From the NCBI GenBank assembly GCA_963727625.1, contig CAVSHR010000007.1:143878-207877 (forward strand): 64,000 nucleotides of DNA, written 5' to 3'. Under the pieces are notes generated by a model. That model had not been told where the DNA came from. It saw only the letters and a program-made list of their open reading frames with translations, and did no database searches. Of this stretch, positions 37,347 to 46,833 are shown piece after piece (position 1 is the stretch's first letter; the number at the start of each line of letters is the position of its first letter). Both the position numbers and the translations under genes were made by a program. The DNA comes from an uncultured delta proteobacterium. GTDB taxonomy: Bacteria; Desulfobacterota; Binatia; UBA9968.

Positions 37347-38384
37347 TTGGCTGAGAGGAGCGCGCCCGTGAGCAATGAAATGACCGACCTGAAATCGCTT
37401 GACGCTGAGTTGGCGAAAGAGTCCATGAAAGGGCTTTGGGCGCGCGAGGAGACCACACGCCGCGAGCCGGCGCCGTTCGGCAAACCGATCCTTTGGAAGT
37501 GGGAAAAGATCCGGGCCGGGCTCGAGGCGGCGGGCAAGTTGATCACGACCAATTACAAGGGCGCGCGTCGAGCCATCAGCCTGGTCCACCCCAACATGGG
37601 CGAGAGCACGAGCCACACTTTGAACATGGCGGTGCAGCTGGTGAAAGCCGGCGAAGCGGTTTACTCGCACCGCCACACCAATGCCGCGATGCGCTTTGTC
37701 ATCGACGGCGGCGCCGGGGTGTACACGATCACCGACGGCGAGAAGTGCGTGATGGAAAAGGGCGACCTGGTGATCCAGCCGAGCTGGGGCTACCACAATC
37801 ACATCAATGAGACCGAGCGCGACGCGATCTGGATCGACTGTCTCGATTCGGGCTTGATGCGCATGCTGCGCACGATGTTTCAAGAACCCCATCCCGCCGA
37901 GGACGTGCGGCTTTACAACAGCCCGGTGGACACCGCCCTGCGCAATCCCGGCTTGCTCGCGCCGCCGGGGCGGCCGTTGAAGTCGTTGGTTTATAAATGG
38001 CGCGAAACACGCCGGGCGCTGGCGGAAGCGCTGCCGGAGAGCGAGAGCGCCTATGACGGCAAGTGTCTGGAATATCGCAACCCGGTCACCGGAGGTTCGA
38101 CCTTTCCGACTTTTTCTTGCTGGGTTCAACTGCTAGACGGCGGGAAGAAAACCGCGGAGCACCGCCACACGTCGAATCAGATCTACTATGTGGTCGAGGG
38201 CAGGGGGGTTAGCGAAGTCGCCGGCGAAAAGCTAGCGTGGGAAGCCGGCGATTTTTTTGTCGTGCCCAACTGGAGTTGGCACCGCCACCAGAATTCTTCG
38301 GCGAGTGTTCCCGCCGTGCTTTTCTCGACCACCGACCGGCCGTTGCAAGAGGCCATCGGCGTGTATCGGGAGGAGACGCGGTAA
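37347..38384 (+). CDS. Gentisate 1,2-dioxygenase-like bicupin
   Basis: HRHT..AMRF, PSWGYHNH, YRNPVTGG, HRHT, VPNW.WH. Confidence 0.88.
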   Translation: MAERSAPVSNEMTDLKSLDAELAKESMKGLWAREETTRREPAPFGKPILWKWEKIRAGLEAAGKLITTNYKGARRAISLVHPNMGESTSHTLNMAVQLVKAGEAVYSHRHTNAAMRFVIDGGAGVYTITDGEKCVMEKGDLVIQPSWGYHNHINETERDAIWIDCLDSGLMRMLRTMFQEPHPAEDVRLYNSPVDTALRNPGLLAPPGRPLKSLVYKWRETRRALAEALPESESAYDGKCLEYRNPVTGGSTFPTFSCWVQLLDGGKKTAEHRHTSNQIYYVVEGRGVSEVAGEKLAWEAGDFFVVPNWSWHRHQNSSASVPAVLFSTTDRPLQEAIGVYREETR

Positions 38385-38425
38385 TGTCGTGGCCGAAATG
38401 TTAAATAAATTGTTTGGCTTTTAGC

Positions 38426-38515
38426 TGTCATACCGGCGAACGCCGGTATCCAGGTGTCTTTTAAATTTCTGGATTCCGGGTCCCGCCAGCTATCGCCGGC
38501 TTGCCCGGAATGACA
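38426..38515. repeat. GTCAT...ATCCAG / CTGGAT...ATGAC palindromic intergenic element
   Basis: TGTCATACCGGCGAACGCCGGTATCCAG...CTGGATTCCGGG...CCCGGAATGACA. Confidence 0.7.
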
Positions 38516-38581
38516 CTCGATTTGCGTAACGAATTTCAGAAACAGCTCGCACGGTGGCTTTGAACCGTATTGGAATTCTCT

Positions 38582-39295
38582 ATGACCGATGAAGAACGCG
38601 CCTACAATTCGGCAGAATTCGCCGCGGCCCCGGCGCCGACCAATCCCGGCGAGACCATGCCGGCCAAGGTCGGTGTGGCCGCTCCCGATTTTGAGGCGAC
38701 CACGTTGGACGGGGAGACCGTTCGTCTTCGTGATTTTCACGCCAAGCGCCATGTGGTGGTCATGACCGGCGCGGTGACCAGTCCGATGTGCGCCTTCGAA
38801 GCGCCGGCGTTTAATCAGTTGCAGAAGGAATTCGATAGCAAGGGAGTTTCGTTCTTTTTGCTTTACACGCGCGAGTCCCACCCGGCGGAAAACTACGGCG
38901 CGCATCGCTCGCTCGAACAGAAGCTTGACTATGCTCGCGACTTGCAGCGGCTCGAAGATATCCGTATGGCGATTCTCGTCGATCGTCTCGACGGTCGAAT
39001 TCACCGCGCCTACGGGGTCTGGCCCAACGCGCTGTTCGTCATCCACAAAGACGGCCGGCTCATTTTTCGCAGCAACATGGCAAACCACCGCGAGTTGCGG
39101 CAATTCTTGGACGACTTGATAGCTGCCGAGACGGCGGCGGTAGCGGGCAAGGTGCTCCACTTGCAGTATTCCGAGCGGGTCATGCCTCATGAGGCCGATC
39201 AGGCGACGCACCGGCGCGTCTACGAGCGCGCCGGTCCCAAAGCATTCGAAGATTACTGGACAAAACGGCCGCAGAATCGAAACCGCTGGCCGTAA
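38582..39295 (+). CDS. Iodothyronine-deiodinase-like / redoxin-fold protein
   Basis: APDFEA..LDG, TGAVTSPMC, YTRESHP (cf. deiodinase YIxEAHP), YGVWPN. Confidence 0.8.
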   Translation: MTDEERAYNSAEFAAAPAPTNPGETMPAKVGVAAPDFEATTLDGETVRLRDFHAKRHVVVMTGAVTSPMCAFEAPAFNQLQKEFDSKGVSFFLLYTRESHPAENYGAHRSLEQKLDYARDLQRLEDIRMAILVDRLDGRIHRAYGVWPNALFVIHKDGRLIFRSNMANHRELRQFLDDLIAAETAAVAGKVLHLQYSERVMPHEADQATHRRVYERAGPKAFEDYWTKRPQNRNRWP

Positions 39296-39328
39296 TCCAA
39301 ATTTACAGAAGTAGAGGAAAAATATCCA

Positions 39329-40312
39329 ATGGGGAAATTCAAATTAGCAATCGTTCTCACAGTGGTGCTCGGTGCCTTCCTGTCCCTGACCGGGCGATCG
39401 GCGTATAGCGCCGGCCGGGAGTTGGAAAAAGTGCGCATCGGCTATTCCATCGGCGGACTGATTCCGTTTCCCATAATCGTCGCCAAGGAAAACCACTTTT
39501 TCGAGCAGGCCGGTTTGGCTGTCGAGCTGATCAATATCCGGCCGACGACCGCGGTCACCGCCCTGGTCTCCGGCGATATTCAGTACGTCGTCTTCGCCGG
39601 CACGACACTCAACGCGGCGGTGCGCGGCCTGCCGGTCAAGCTGGCCATGGTTTACAACGATCGGCCGCTGTTTTCCTTGATGGCGCGCCCCGGTATTCGC
39701 TCGATCAAGGATCTCAAAGGGAAAATCCTGGGTGTCGCCACGCTTACCTCCGGCGAATCTTTTCTGTCCAGGCGGCTGCTCAAAGAAGCCGGCATCGACG
39801 CCGATAAAGAAATGACGCTCCGCGTCATCGGCAACACGCCGGACCGGCTGCAAGCGCTCAAAGCCGGCCTCGTGGATGCGACGACGCTGACTCTGCCCGT
39901 CGATATTCTCGCCGAGCGGATGGGCTTGCGCCGATTGGCGTTCATGGGTGAAATGTTGGAAAGCGTCAACGGCGGTTACGGCGTGTCGGAGCGCTGGCTG
40001 CGGGAACGCCCCGATCAGATCAAAAAAATGATCGCCGCGGCCTTTCGCGGCATGGCGCATGCGCGCGCGCAGCGTCAGGATTCGGTCGCGCTGATTATGT
40101 CCAGGTGGAAGATCGAACGCGACGTCGCCGAGAAGGCGTTTGATTTGATGATCAAAACCTGGACGGACAGCGGGGTGGCGTCGGATCGGGCGCTGCAAGA
40201 AGCCATCGACGAAAGCTTGAGAGTTACGAACACCAAAAAGTCGGTGCCGATCTCCCAAGTCGCGGATTTCACCCTGGCGCGCGAAGTCTATCGGGAGATG
40301 AAGTCAAAATAA
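39329..40312 (+). CDS. ABC-type substrate-binding protein (NMT1/SsuA-like)
   Basis: Signal peptide, FFEQAGL, DLKGKILGV. Confidence 0.88.
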   Translation: MGKFKLAIVLTVVLGAFLSLTGRSAYSAGRELEKVRIGYSIGGLIPFPIIVAKENHFFEQAGLAVELINIRPTTAVTALVSGDIQYVVFAGTTLNAAVRGLPVKLAMVYNDRPLFSLMARPGIRSIKDLKGKILGVATLTSGESFLSRRLLKEAGIDADKEMTLRVIGNTPDRLQALKAGLVDATTLTLPVDILAERMGLRRLAFMGEMLESVNGGYGVSERWLRERPDQIKKMIAAAFRGMAHARAQRQDSVALIMSRWKIERDVAEKAFDLMIKTWTDSGVASDRALQEAIDESLRVTNTKKSVPISQVADFTLAREVYREMKSK

Positions 40313-40404
40313 TTTGCGGCGTCTCGGACATGCGCGCGATGTACAACGCACCGCGAAGGCGTGAGCGTAACATGGAGTTAAAGGCACTCGGAGTCGGAAA
40401 TTGC

Positions 40405-40512
40405 TCTCGCCAAGGCGCAAAGTCGCCAAGTTTAGAGGGGAAAATGAGAACTCTTACGAATTACTTTCCTATTAGGTTCCGGTCTTTGCGGCCTTTGCGA
40501 CTTTGCGTGAGA
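40405..40512. repeat. CGCCAAG/CGCAAAG ... CTTTGCG inverted-array element
   Basis: ctcgccaaggcgcaaagtcgccaag...ctttgcggcctttgcgactttgcgtgag; sister copy at 46745-46815. Confidence 0.7.
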
Positions 40513-40585
40513 CATTCCGGGTTTAGGTCGCAGCTCTGCTCAGAGGGCCTTTGTGGTGAAAAGTGAAGCGGGTCAAATTGAGAAC

Positions 40586-41569
40586 ATGAGCAACGACGAA
40601 ATCACCCTGAAACCGACGCGCTTGCGCACGCATCCGCATACGACGCGCTCGCGTTTGATGCTCGAAGTTGCCTCGCGGCTGGTCAGCCGAAAGGACTTTC
40701 CTTATCTCCAGGCGCGCGTCAGCCTGCGCGAGCAGGGCTCGAACGAATGGCCGTTGATCTTGTTTGCCAGCGACAGTCCCGCGACCGTGGAGGAAGTCGC
40801 CGCCGGAACAGTCCAGTTCGCCATCATCAATCCATCGATGATGCTCAAGCTCGCCGCTCTCGGCAGTGCGCCGTTCAAAGCGCCGATGCCGCTGCGGGTC
40901 ATCGCCGTGCTGCCGTCCTTGGACCATATGGCCTTCGCGGTGAAGCGCGAAACCGGTCTCACCACGTTCAGCGATATTCGCGATCGCAAGTTTCCCTTGA
41001 GAGTGTCGCTGCGCGGCCAGCCGGACCATTCGCTGCACGCGATCGTCGATCACGTGATGAAAGCCGCGGGGTTTTCTCTCGACGACATCGTCTCCTGGGG
41101 CGGAAAAGTTCGCTACGATGCCGGCATGGCCTACGGCCGGAACCGCATTGGCGCCATGCAGCGCGGCGAGATCGACGCGATCTTCGATGAAGGCGCCTTC
41201 GCTTGGAGCAACATGGCGCTGGAGTTGGGCATGACGTTTCTATCTTTGGACGAGATGATCCTGCGGCGGCTCGAAGCTGTCGGCTTGCGCCGCGGCTTGA
41301 TGGAACGCAAATCTTTTCCCAAGCTCGCTGCCGACGTGCCCACACTCGACTTCAGCGGCTGGCCGATCTATACGCACAAGGACACGCCCGATTTCATGGT
41401 CACGGATTTCTGCGCCGCGCTGGAAGCGAGCAAAGCGCAAATTCCCTGGGCGCAAGACGCGCCTCTGCCTCTTGAACAAATGGTCCGCGATACGCCTGAA
41501 GGTCATCTCGAAGTGCCGCTCCATCCCGCGGCGGAACGGTTTTGGCGACAGTGTGGCTATTTGCCGTAG
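40586..41569 (+). CDS. TAXI-family TRAP solute receptor-like protein
   Basis: GEIDAIFD, PLHPAAERFWRQ C-terminal motif; no obvious signal peptide. Confidence 0.75.
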   Translation: MSNDEITLKPTRLRTHPHTTRSRLMLEVASRLVSRKDFPYLQARVSLREQGSNEWPLILFASDSPATVEEVAAGTVQFAIINPSMMLKLAALGSAPFKAPMPLRVIAVLPSLDHMAFAVKRETGLTTFSDIRDRKFPLRVSLRGQPDHSLHAIVDHVMKAAGFSLDDIVSWGGKVRYDAGMAYGRNRIGAMQRGEIDAIFDEGAFAWSNMALELGMTFLSLDEMILRRLEAVGLRRGLMERKSFPKLAADVPTLDFSGWPIYTHKDTPDFMVTDFCAALEASKAQIPWAQDAPLPLEQMVRDTPEGHLEVPLHPAAERFWRQCGYLP

Positions 41570-41814
41570 TTAGATTTTGCCTAGGCGTGGAATTCTTAGC
41601 CGCCTGAGTTTTACGACTAACGTCTGATCACTCATGAGGCTTTCTCGGCGCCAGCGAAGGTTATTAAAGCATTCCCTTTGGATTTGGCTTATGATAAATT
41701 TAGAAAGAATTTTTTGGGGTTTTGGAGTCACTCCGGGTGGAAGAGGCGTGAATGAGGAATTTGAATCGACGGTGTTGCCGCTTCCTAATTTCTTTGAATG
41801 ACGAGACCACAAAT

Positions 41815-42477
41815 ATGAAGCTGAGAATAATTCTTGCATTTTTTTTGTTTATTGCTCTGCTCGCAGGATCTGTCTCCGCAGCGGAAAGCGCGGCTAACGA
41901 TGCGGATAAGGGCCAGGCGGCAACCCCCTGGGTTCGCAGGCTTTCATTCGGCGTCGTCTTGCATGATGTAGGGTTCATAAGCGATAAGAGGGAAAAAGGG
42001 GTTGACCCCAATTGGGAGGTGCAGTTCAACCGTCCCGAGTGGAGATGGTGGCGTTGGCTTGGCTCTCCCTACCCGATTATCGGCGCCACTCCGAATTTCG
42101 TTGGGGATACGAGCGCGTTTTATTTCGGAATCTTCAATTATGAGTTTAGTTTGTCCAATCAGTTCCTGGACGGCCTCACCAATGATTTAACCAAGAATCT
42201 TTGGATTTCAGGTGGGTTGAGCACGGCGGTTCACACCGGCCCGCTACGCAAGAACGAGACGAAATGCAGGGAAGACAGCGATTGTGGATTCGGGTCTCGA
42301 GTTCTGCCGCGGATATCGTTAGAAATCGGGTATACCTTCTGGAAAAACCACGCGATATCGCTTTTTTTTGATCACATGTCGCACGGGAGCGTGGGGTGTG
42401 CTTGCCTGCAGAACGAGGGAATCGATCACACGGGAATTCGCTATCATGTTACTTTTGATACGGGTAGTAAACCGTGA
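41815..42477 (+). CDS. Acyloxyacyl hydrolase / PagL-like lipid A 3-O-deacylase beta-barrel
   Basis: Signal peptide, FGSRV, HMSH (H-x-S), NEGID..GIRY. Confidence 0.75.
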   Translation: MKLRIILAFFLFIALLAGSVSAAESAANDADKGQAATPWVRRLSFGVVLHDVGFISDKREKGVDPNWEVQFNRPEWRWWRWLGSPYPIIGATPNFVGDTSAFYFGIFNYEFSLSNQFLDGLTNDLTKNLWISGGLSTAVHTGPLRKNETKCREDSDCGFGSRVLPRISLEIGYTFWKNHAISLFFDHMSHGSVGCACLQNEGIDHTGIRYHVTFDTGSKP

Positions 42478-43320
42478 TCAGAATCTTGCCGTTTCAACCC
42501 GAATAGGTTCTGATCCTTTTTTTTCTTCTTGAGATAGATCAGAATTGACACGCCTTCCCGAGACTCGGTCGTAGCAGTCCGCCGCTAATCTTTTTCGGCC
42601 CGCAGAGTTATCTTCATACCTGGAGCAGTCGATCTTCGGCTGAACCGTCACCGTAGCCTCGATCCTTCGAAGCGCCAGCAGGTGCCAAAAATGAGGCGCA
42701 AAAGCCATGTCGTCGTAGCAATAGACCAAATCGCGATTCGCCTTCGAAACCGCTTGATCGTCAATCGACCTGTAAACCAGAGTCACCGGTACGATGATCG
42801 AGCGATTGCGCAATGGCGCGGCTAACGGGACGGTCTGAAAGGGCAACGTCCGCTCGCCGTTGGTGGCGTGTCCTTCAGGAAACAGAAGGAGATTCGCTCC
42901 CTCTTTTAGTTTTCTGGTCATTTCCGCAACCATCAACCCTACCAGCTTCTTCCTCTGGCGGTCGATAAAAATTGTGCCGCCGAGGATCGTCCACAATCCG
43001 ACCAGCGGCCATTTCTTAACCTCTCTTTTGGATACGAACACCACCGGGAAAATGCTGGCCAAAACAAAACCGTCGACATAGCTGAGGTGATTGCTGATAA
43101 TCACCCGGCCGCCCCCCTCGAGTTGCCCCGCGTCGCCATTCACCATCACCTTTATATTCAGGATTCGTCTCAAAAGGAACGTCAGGCTACATGTCAAGCG
43201 GCTGATAATCACCCAACGATCAGGCATTCTCAATACGCTGATCCACAAATGCACGAGGACTATAAAGCCGAAAAAAACTGCCCACAGGGAAACAATCGCA
43301 GCTAACTTGACCCACCGCAT
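42478..43320 (-). CDS. Lysophospholipid acyltransferase (PlsC/OlsA-like)
   Basis: NHLSYVD (HX4D), FIDR, FPEG. Confidence 0.9.
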   Translation of the reverse strand: MRWVKLAAIVSLWAVFFGFIVLVHLWISVLRMPDRWVIISRLTCSLTFLLRRILNIKVMVNGDAGQLEGGGRVIISNHLSYVDGFVLASIFPVVFVSKREVKKWPLVGLWTILGGTIFIDRQRKKLVGLMVAEMTRKLKEGANLLLFPEGHATNGERTLPFQTVPLAAPLRNRSIIVPVTLVYRSIDDQAVSKANRDLVYCYDDMAFAPHFWHLLALRRIEATVTVQPKIDCSRYEDNSAGRKRLAADCYDRVSGRRVNSDLSQEEKKGSEPIRVETARF

Positions 43321-43545
43321 GGATTATCTTTACTTGTTGAGCGCCAAACGAGCAACATAAAATTGAGGTTGCTGCGTTCGTTTCGTTTAACGCACAATGT
43401 TCATTGGGTGCTTCCACAGGATGCTGAACGCCTGCTGTTATCAATACACAGAAATTCCCTTAGCCCAGTGTAATTTCGTTGTTTTGCCTCTTCATTGCAA
43501 ACATTTATAAATTTCCGACGCGCGTTAACAATAGTAGAATAGTAG

Positions 43546-45236
43546 CTAAACGCTCCGTAACACTTTTCCAGGATATGTGCCGCTGTGTGCACCGTGTTTC
43601 ATCAAAACTGAGCCGTTAACGATCGTGTAGTGGATGCCCTTGGCGCCCTGGATGTAGCGCGGGGCGCCGGCGGGGAGGTCGGTGACTTTTTCGGGCGCGG
43701 CCGAGATCGATACTTTTCAGGATCGAAGATAAAAAGGTCGGCCGCCATGCCGCGGCGCAACAGGCCGCGGTCGTGAATGCCGAAGATCGATGCCGGCAGG
43801 AAGGTCAGTTTTTTGATCGCCTCTTCTAACGTCATGATCTCGCGTTCACGCACCCAGTGGGCGAGCATGAGCGTCGAGTAGCCGAAACCCGGGTTGCCGC
43901 TGGCGACATGGGCGCCGGCGTCGGACTGGCCGAGCAGCACGTGCGGGCTATTGAAAATTTCTTTGACCGCTTGAATGTCTCCTTGAGTCGCGGAGTCTTC
44001 GAAGGTCGTTTCCAGATCTTCTGCGAGCGCGAGATCCAGAAATGCGTCGATGGATGGCTTGGACTGCAAGCGCGCCAGCTCGTCGATGGTTTTCCCTTCG
44101 AGATGCCGGTTCTCAGCGCGCGCGGTTTTTTTGATCGTGATGCAATCCCAGCGGCGGCAGAAATCGATCGGCTTGTTTTCGTTGAACGTTGCGGCGAGCT
44201 GGGTGCGGGTTTGCGCATCGCGCAGCTTTTCCTTGCGCAGTTCCACGGGCATGAACATGAGGTTTTTCCACTCGGGGATTTCGTCGAGGCGGTTGGAATC
44301 TTTTAAATTCCAGCGGCGCATCGCCGGGCGGGTGCTCGTCATCGCATAGGCGGCGAAGCCCTGCCGGCAGCGCTCTTCGACATCGCTCAATTGCTTGCGC
44401 CACAGCTCCGGTTCGCTCCAGCGGTGGCGGATGCTCTCGCCGATCAGCGGCCGGCGGGTTTCTTTGAGAATCATGTCGTACCACTGGCTGATATGCGCGA
44501 CATGCTCGGGCGTCGCGAACGCGCCGTGGGTGAACTGGACCAATCCGCGCTGGCTCTCACCGACAACGCGACACAGGCGGGCGATTTCACCCAGACCGGC
44601 GCAGCGGCTTGCCACCGGCTTGCCGTCTTCGCGATAGTGGCTTTGGTTGGAATTTGTCGAGAAGCCGAAGGCGCCGTCGGCCATGCCCTGGCGCACCAGC
44701 TCTTCCATCTCTTCGATCTCGGCATCGTTCGCTGCGCGCTCGACGCAGGCTTCGCCCATGGCGTACTGGCGCACGGCGCAATGGCCGACCAGTGTGGCGA
44801 CGTTCAAGCCAAGCGGCTTTCGCCCGAGAGCGTCCAGATATTCGCCGTGGGTCGACCATTCCCATGGAATCCCGGCCTGCAAGCTCTCGCGCGGCATCGC
44901 CTCGACGCGCACGAAAGTTCCGATCAACGCGTCGCGGCTCTCCGGCTTGCACGGCGCGAGGGTCAAGCCACAGTTGCCGGTAACCACGGTGGTCACGCCA
45001 TGCTCGTTGGACGAGGTCGCCAGCGGGTCCCACCAGAGCTGCGCGTCGAAGTGGGTGTGAAAGTCGATAATGCCGGGCGCTACGGCGAGACCGCCGACGT
45101 CGAGCACCCGCTGGGCCGCGGCATTGATCCGGCCGATATCTTCGATGCGCCCGTTCGAGATCGCCACGTCGCCGAGGAACGATGGCAACCCCGAGCCGTC
45201 ATAAATACGCCCGCCTTTGAGAATCAGATCATACAT
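43546..45236 (-). pseudogene. N-acyl-D-amino-acid deacylase-family amidohydrolase, frameshifted near 43700
   Basis: PGIIDFHTHFD, GVTTVVTGNCG, SDAGAH; the native tail (EKVTDLPAGAPRYIQ...VNG...PGKVLRSV*) is in another frame after two apparent 1-bp insertions; may be a sequencing error. Confidence 0.85.
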
Positions 45237-45404
45237 GTTGAAACCTCGATTCCCGCTTTGGCTGCGCCGGAATATACGGCGGCATTGTCAGAGCGCGCAA
45301 ACGAAAAATCCGAAGCAAACAGCGGCCCGCAGATCACGCACCTGCTCTGACCCGACGGTTTGAACTACTTGAACGATCTGAACGGCCTGAACTTGGCCCG
45401 GAGT

Positions 45405-46694
45405 TCAGACTTCTTCTTGAAGCGTTTGCAGCGCGCGTAGGATCAATTCGCGCCGGAATTCTTTTTCTTTGTCCGGAGGCAAGTCAGGATTGCCGGTGGG
45501 ACTGACGATGCCGCCGGAGGCAATCGCCCGGAGCGAGCCAACTTCTTTGGCCACCGGGATCATCGTGCAGATCTGTGTCACGGGGATTTCCAGCTTTTCG
45601 ATTTCCTTGCTGATCGCTGCGCCGCAGCGGGTGCTCGAACCTCAGGTCGAGGTCAGAATCACACCGGTGACGTTCGCGGCTTTCAGCTGATCGGCGATCT
45701 GCCGGCCGATCTGCGTGGCGTTTTCGACGGCGGCGTGGGCGCCGCCGGTGGAGCGGACAAATTCATGCAATTTTCCGATTATACCCTCGCGTTCCAGCTC
45801 GCGCATGGTGTCGAGCGGTACCAGCCGGTTCGGATCGCGGTTGGCGGCGGCGGTGTCATAGCCGGAGTGGACGGCGTCGAATTTATCGGCGTCGAGGGAA
45901 TTGACGCCGGCGATCGGGATGGTCGTGAAGCGCGTCGGGCGGCCGGGCTCGATCTTGTCGGGGTTACCTTCGGGCACCAGGCCTCCGTCGGTGACCAGCG
46001 CGATCACCGCTGATTTTAAATCGCGCAGCGGCGCAGCGGGTTTGCCGCCAGCGAATTTTGGCGGTGCGATTTCCGATTCAAATTCCGCACCGCGTAATTT
46101 GGCCAGCAGCATGTCGACGGCGCGCTCGGCCGGCGGTTTGGCGGCAAACTCGTTGCGCTTGATGCCGCGCTGCAGATAACCTTCGCTTTCGGGTCTGCCG
46201 ATGGCGTCGCGGCGCACCAGCTTCACGCCGAGGATAGCCATGCGCTGCAGTGTCGGCACCATACGCGCGATCGATGCACCGGAATTGACGATGAAGATAT
46301 GCTTTCGATAGAGACCGGCGCCGACGTTGTCTTCATCCATGCCCGCCACGGCGACGATGTTGAGACGCTGTTGCGCCGCCAGGCAAATTGCGCCGCAGGC
46401 GATGCCGTAGCGGCCGCTCTCGAACGCAGGACCGGCGATCAGCAAGTGCGGTTTGTATTCGGCCATTTGTTGAATCAATTGATCGTTCGCCTGCTCTTGC
46501 TGCTCGGCAAAATAGTTATCTCCACAAAAGATTGTCGCGACGATTTCGCCGTGCTCGCCCAGCGCCTGCTGCAGCGCGCGGCCTGGGCCGATCAGACCCG
46601 CTTTCACCTGCGGCCCGACGTCCGCTTTGTCTTCACCACCGATTTGGGCGAAGAATTGATTCAAGTAGTGCACGACACGAATCTTTGTGTTCAT
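45405..46694 (-). CDS. grdB: Glycine/betaine/sarcosine reductase selenoprotein B (Sec at codon 351)
   Basis: VVHYLNQFFAQIGGE, AGPAF..GRYG, VILTST-[UGA 45642-44]-GSSTRCGAAISKEIEK...PTGNP...LQEEV*. Confidence 0.92.
45615..45629 (-). promoter_or_regulatory. Putative SECIS of grdB
   Basis: CGCUGC-GGC-GCAGCG, separated from the UGA by 12 nt. Confidence 0.7.
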
Positions 46695-46744
46695 CTCTCC
46701 AGCTCCGAGCGTAATCATTTGTCTCAATTAGGGAAAGAAGATTC

Positions 46745-46815
46745 TCCCGCCAAAGCGCTAAGGCGCAAAGAAATTACTGTCTTCCAGAACTTGGCGTCCT
46801 TGCGCCTTTGCGGGA
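46745..46815. repeat. CGCCAAAG/CGCAAAG ... CTTTGCG inverted-array element
   Basis: cccgccaaagcgctaaggcgcaaag...cttggcgtccttgcgcctttgcggg. Confidence 0.7.
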
Positions 46816-46833
46816 AAAAGTCCGAATCATCCT

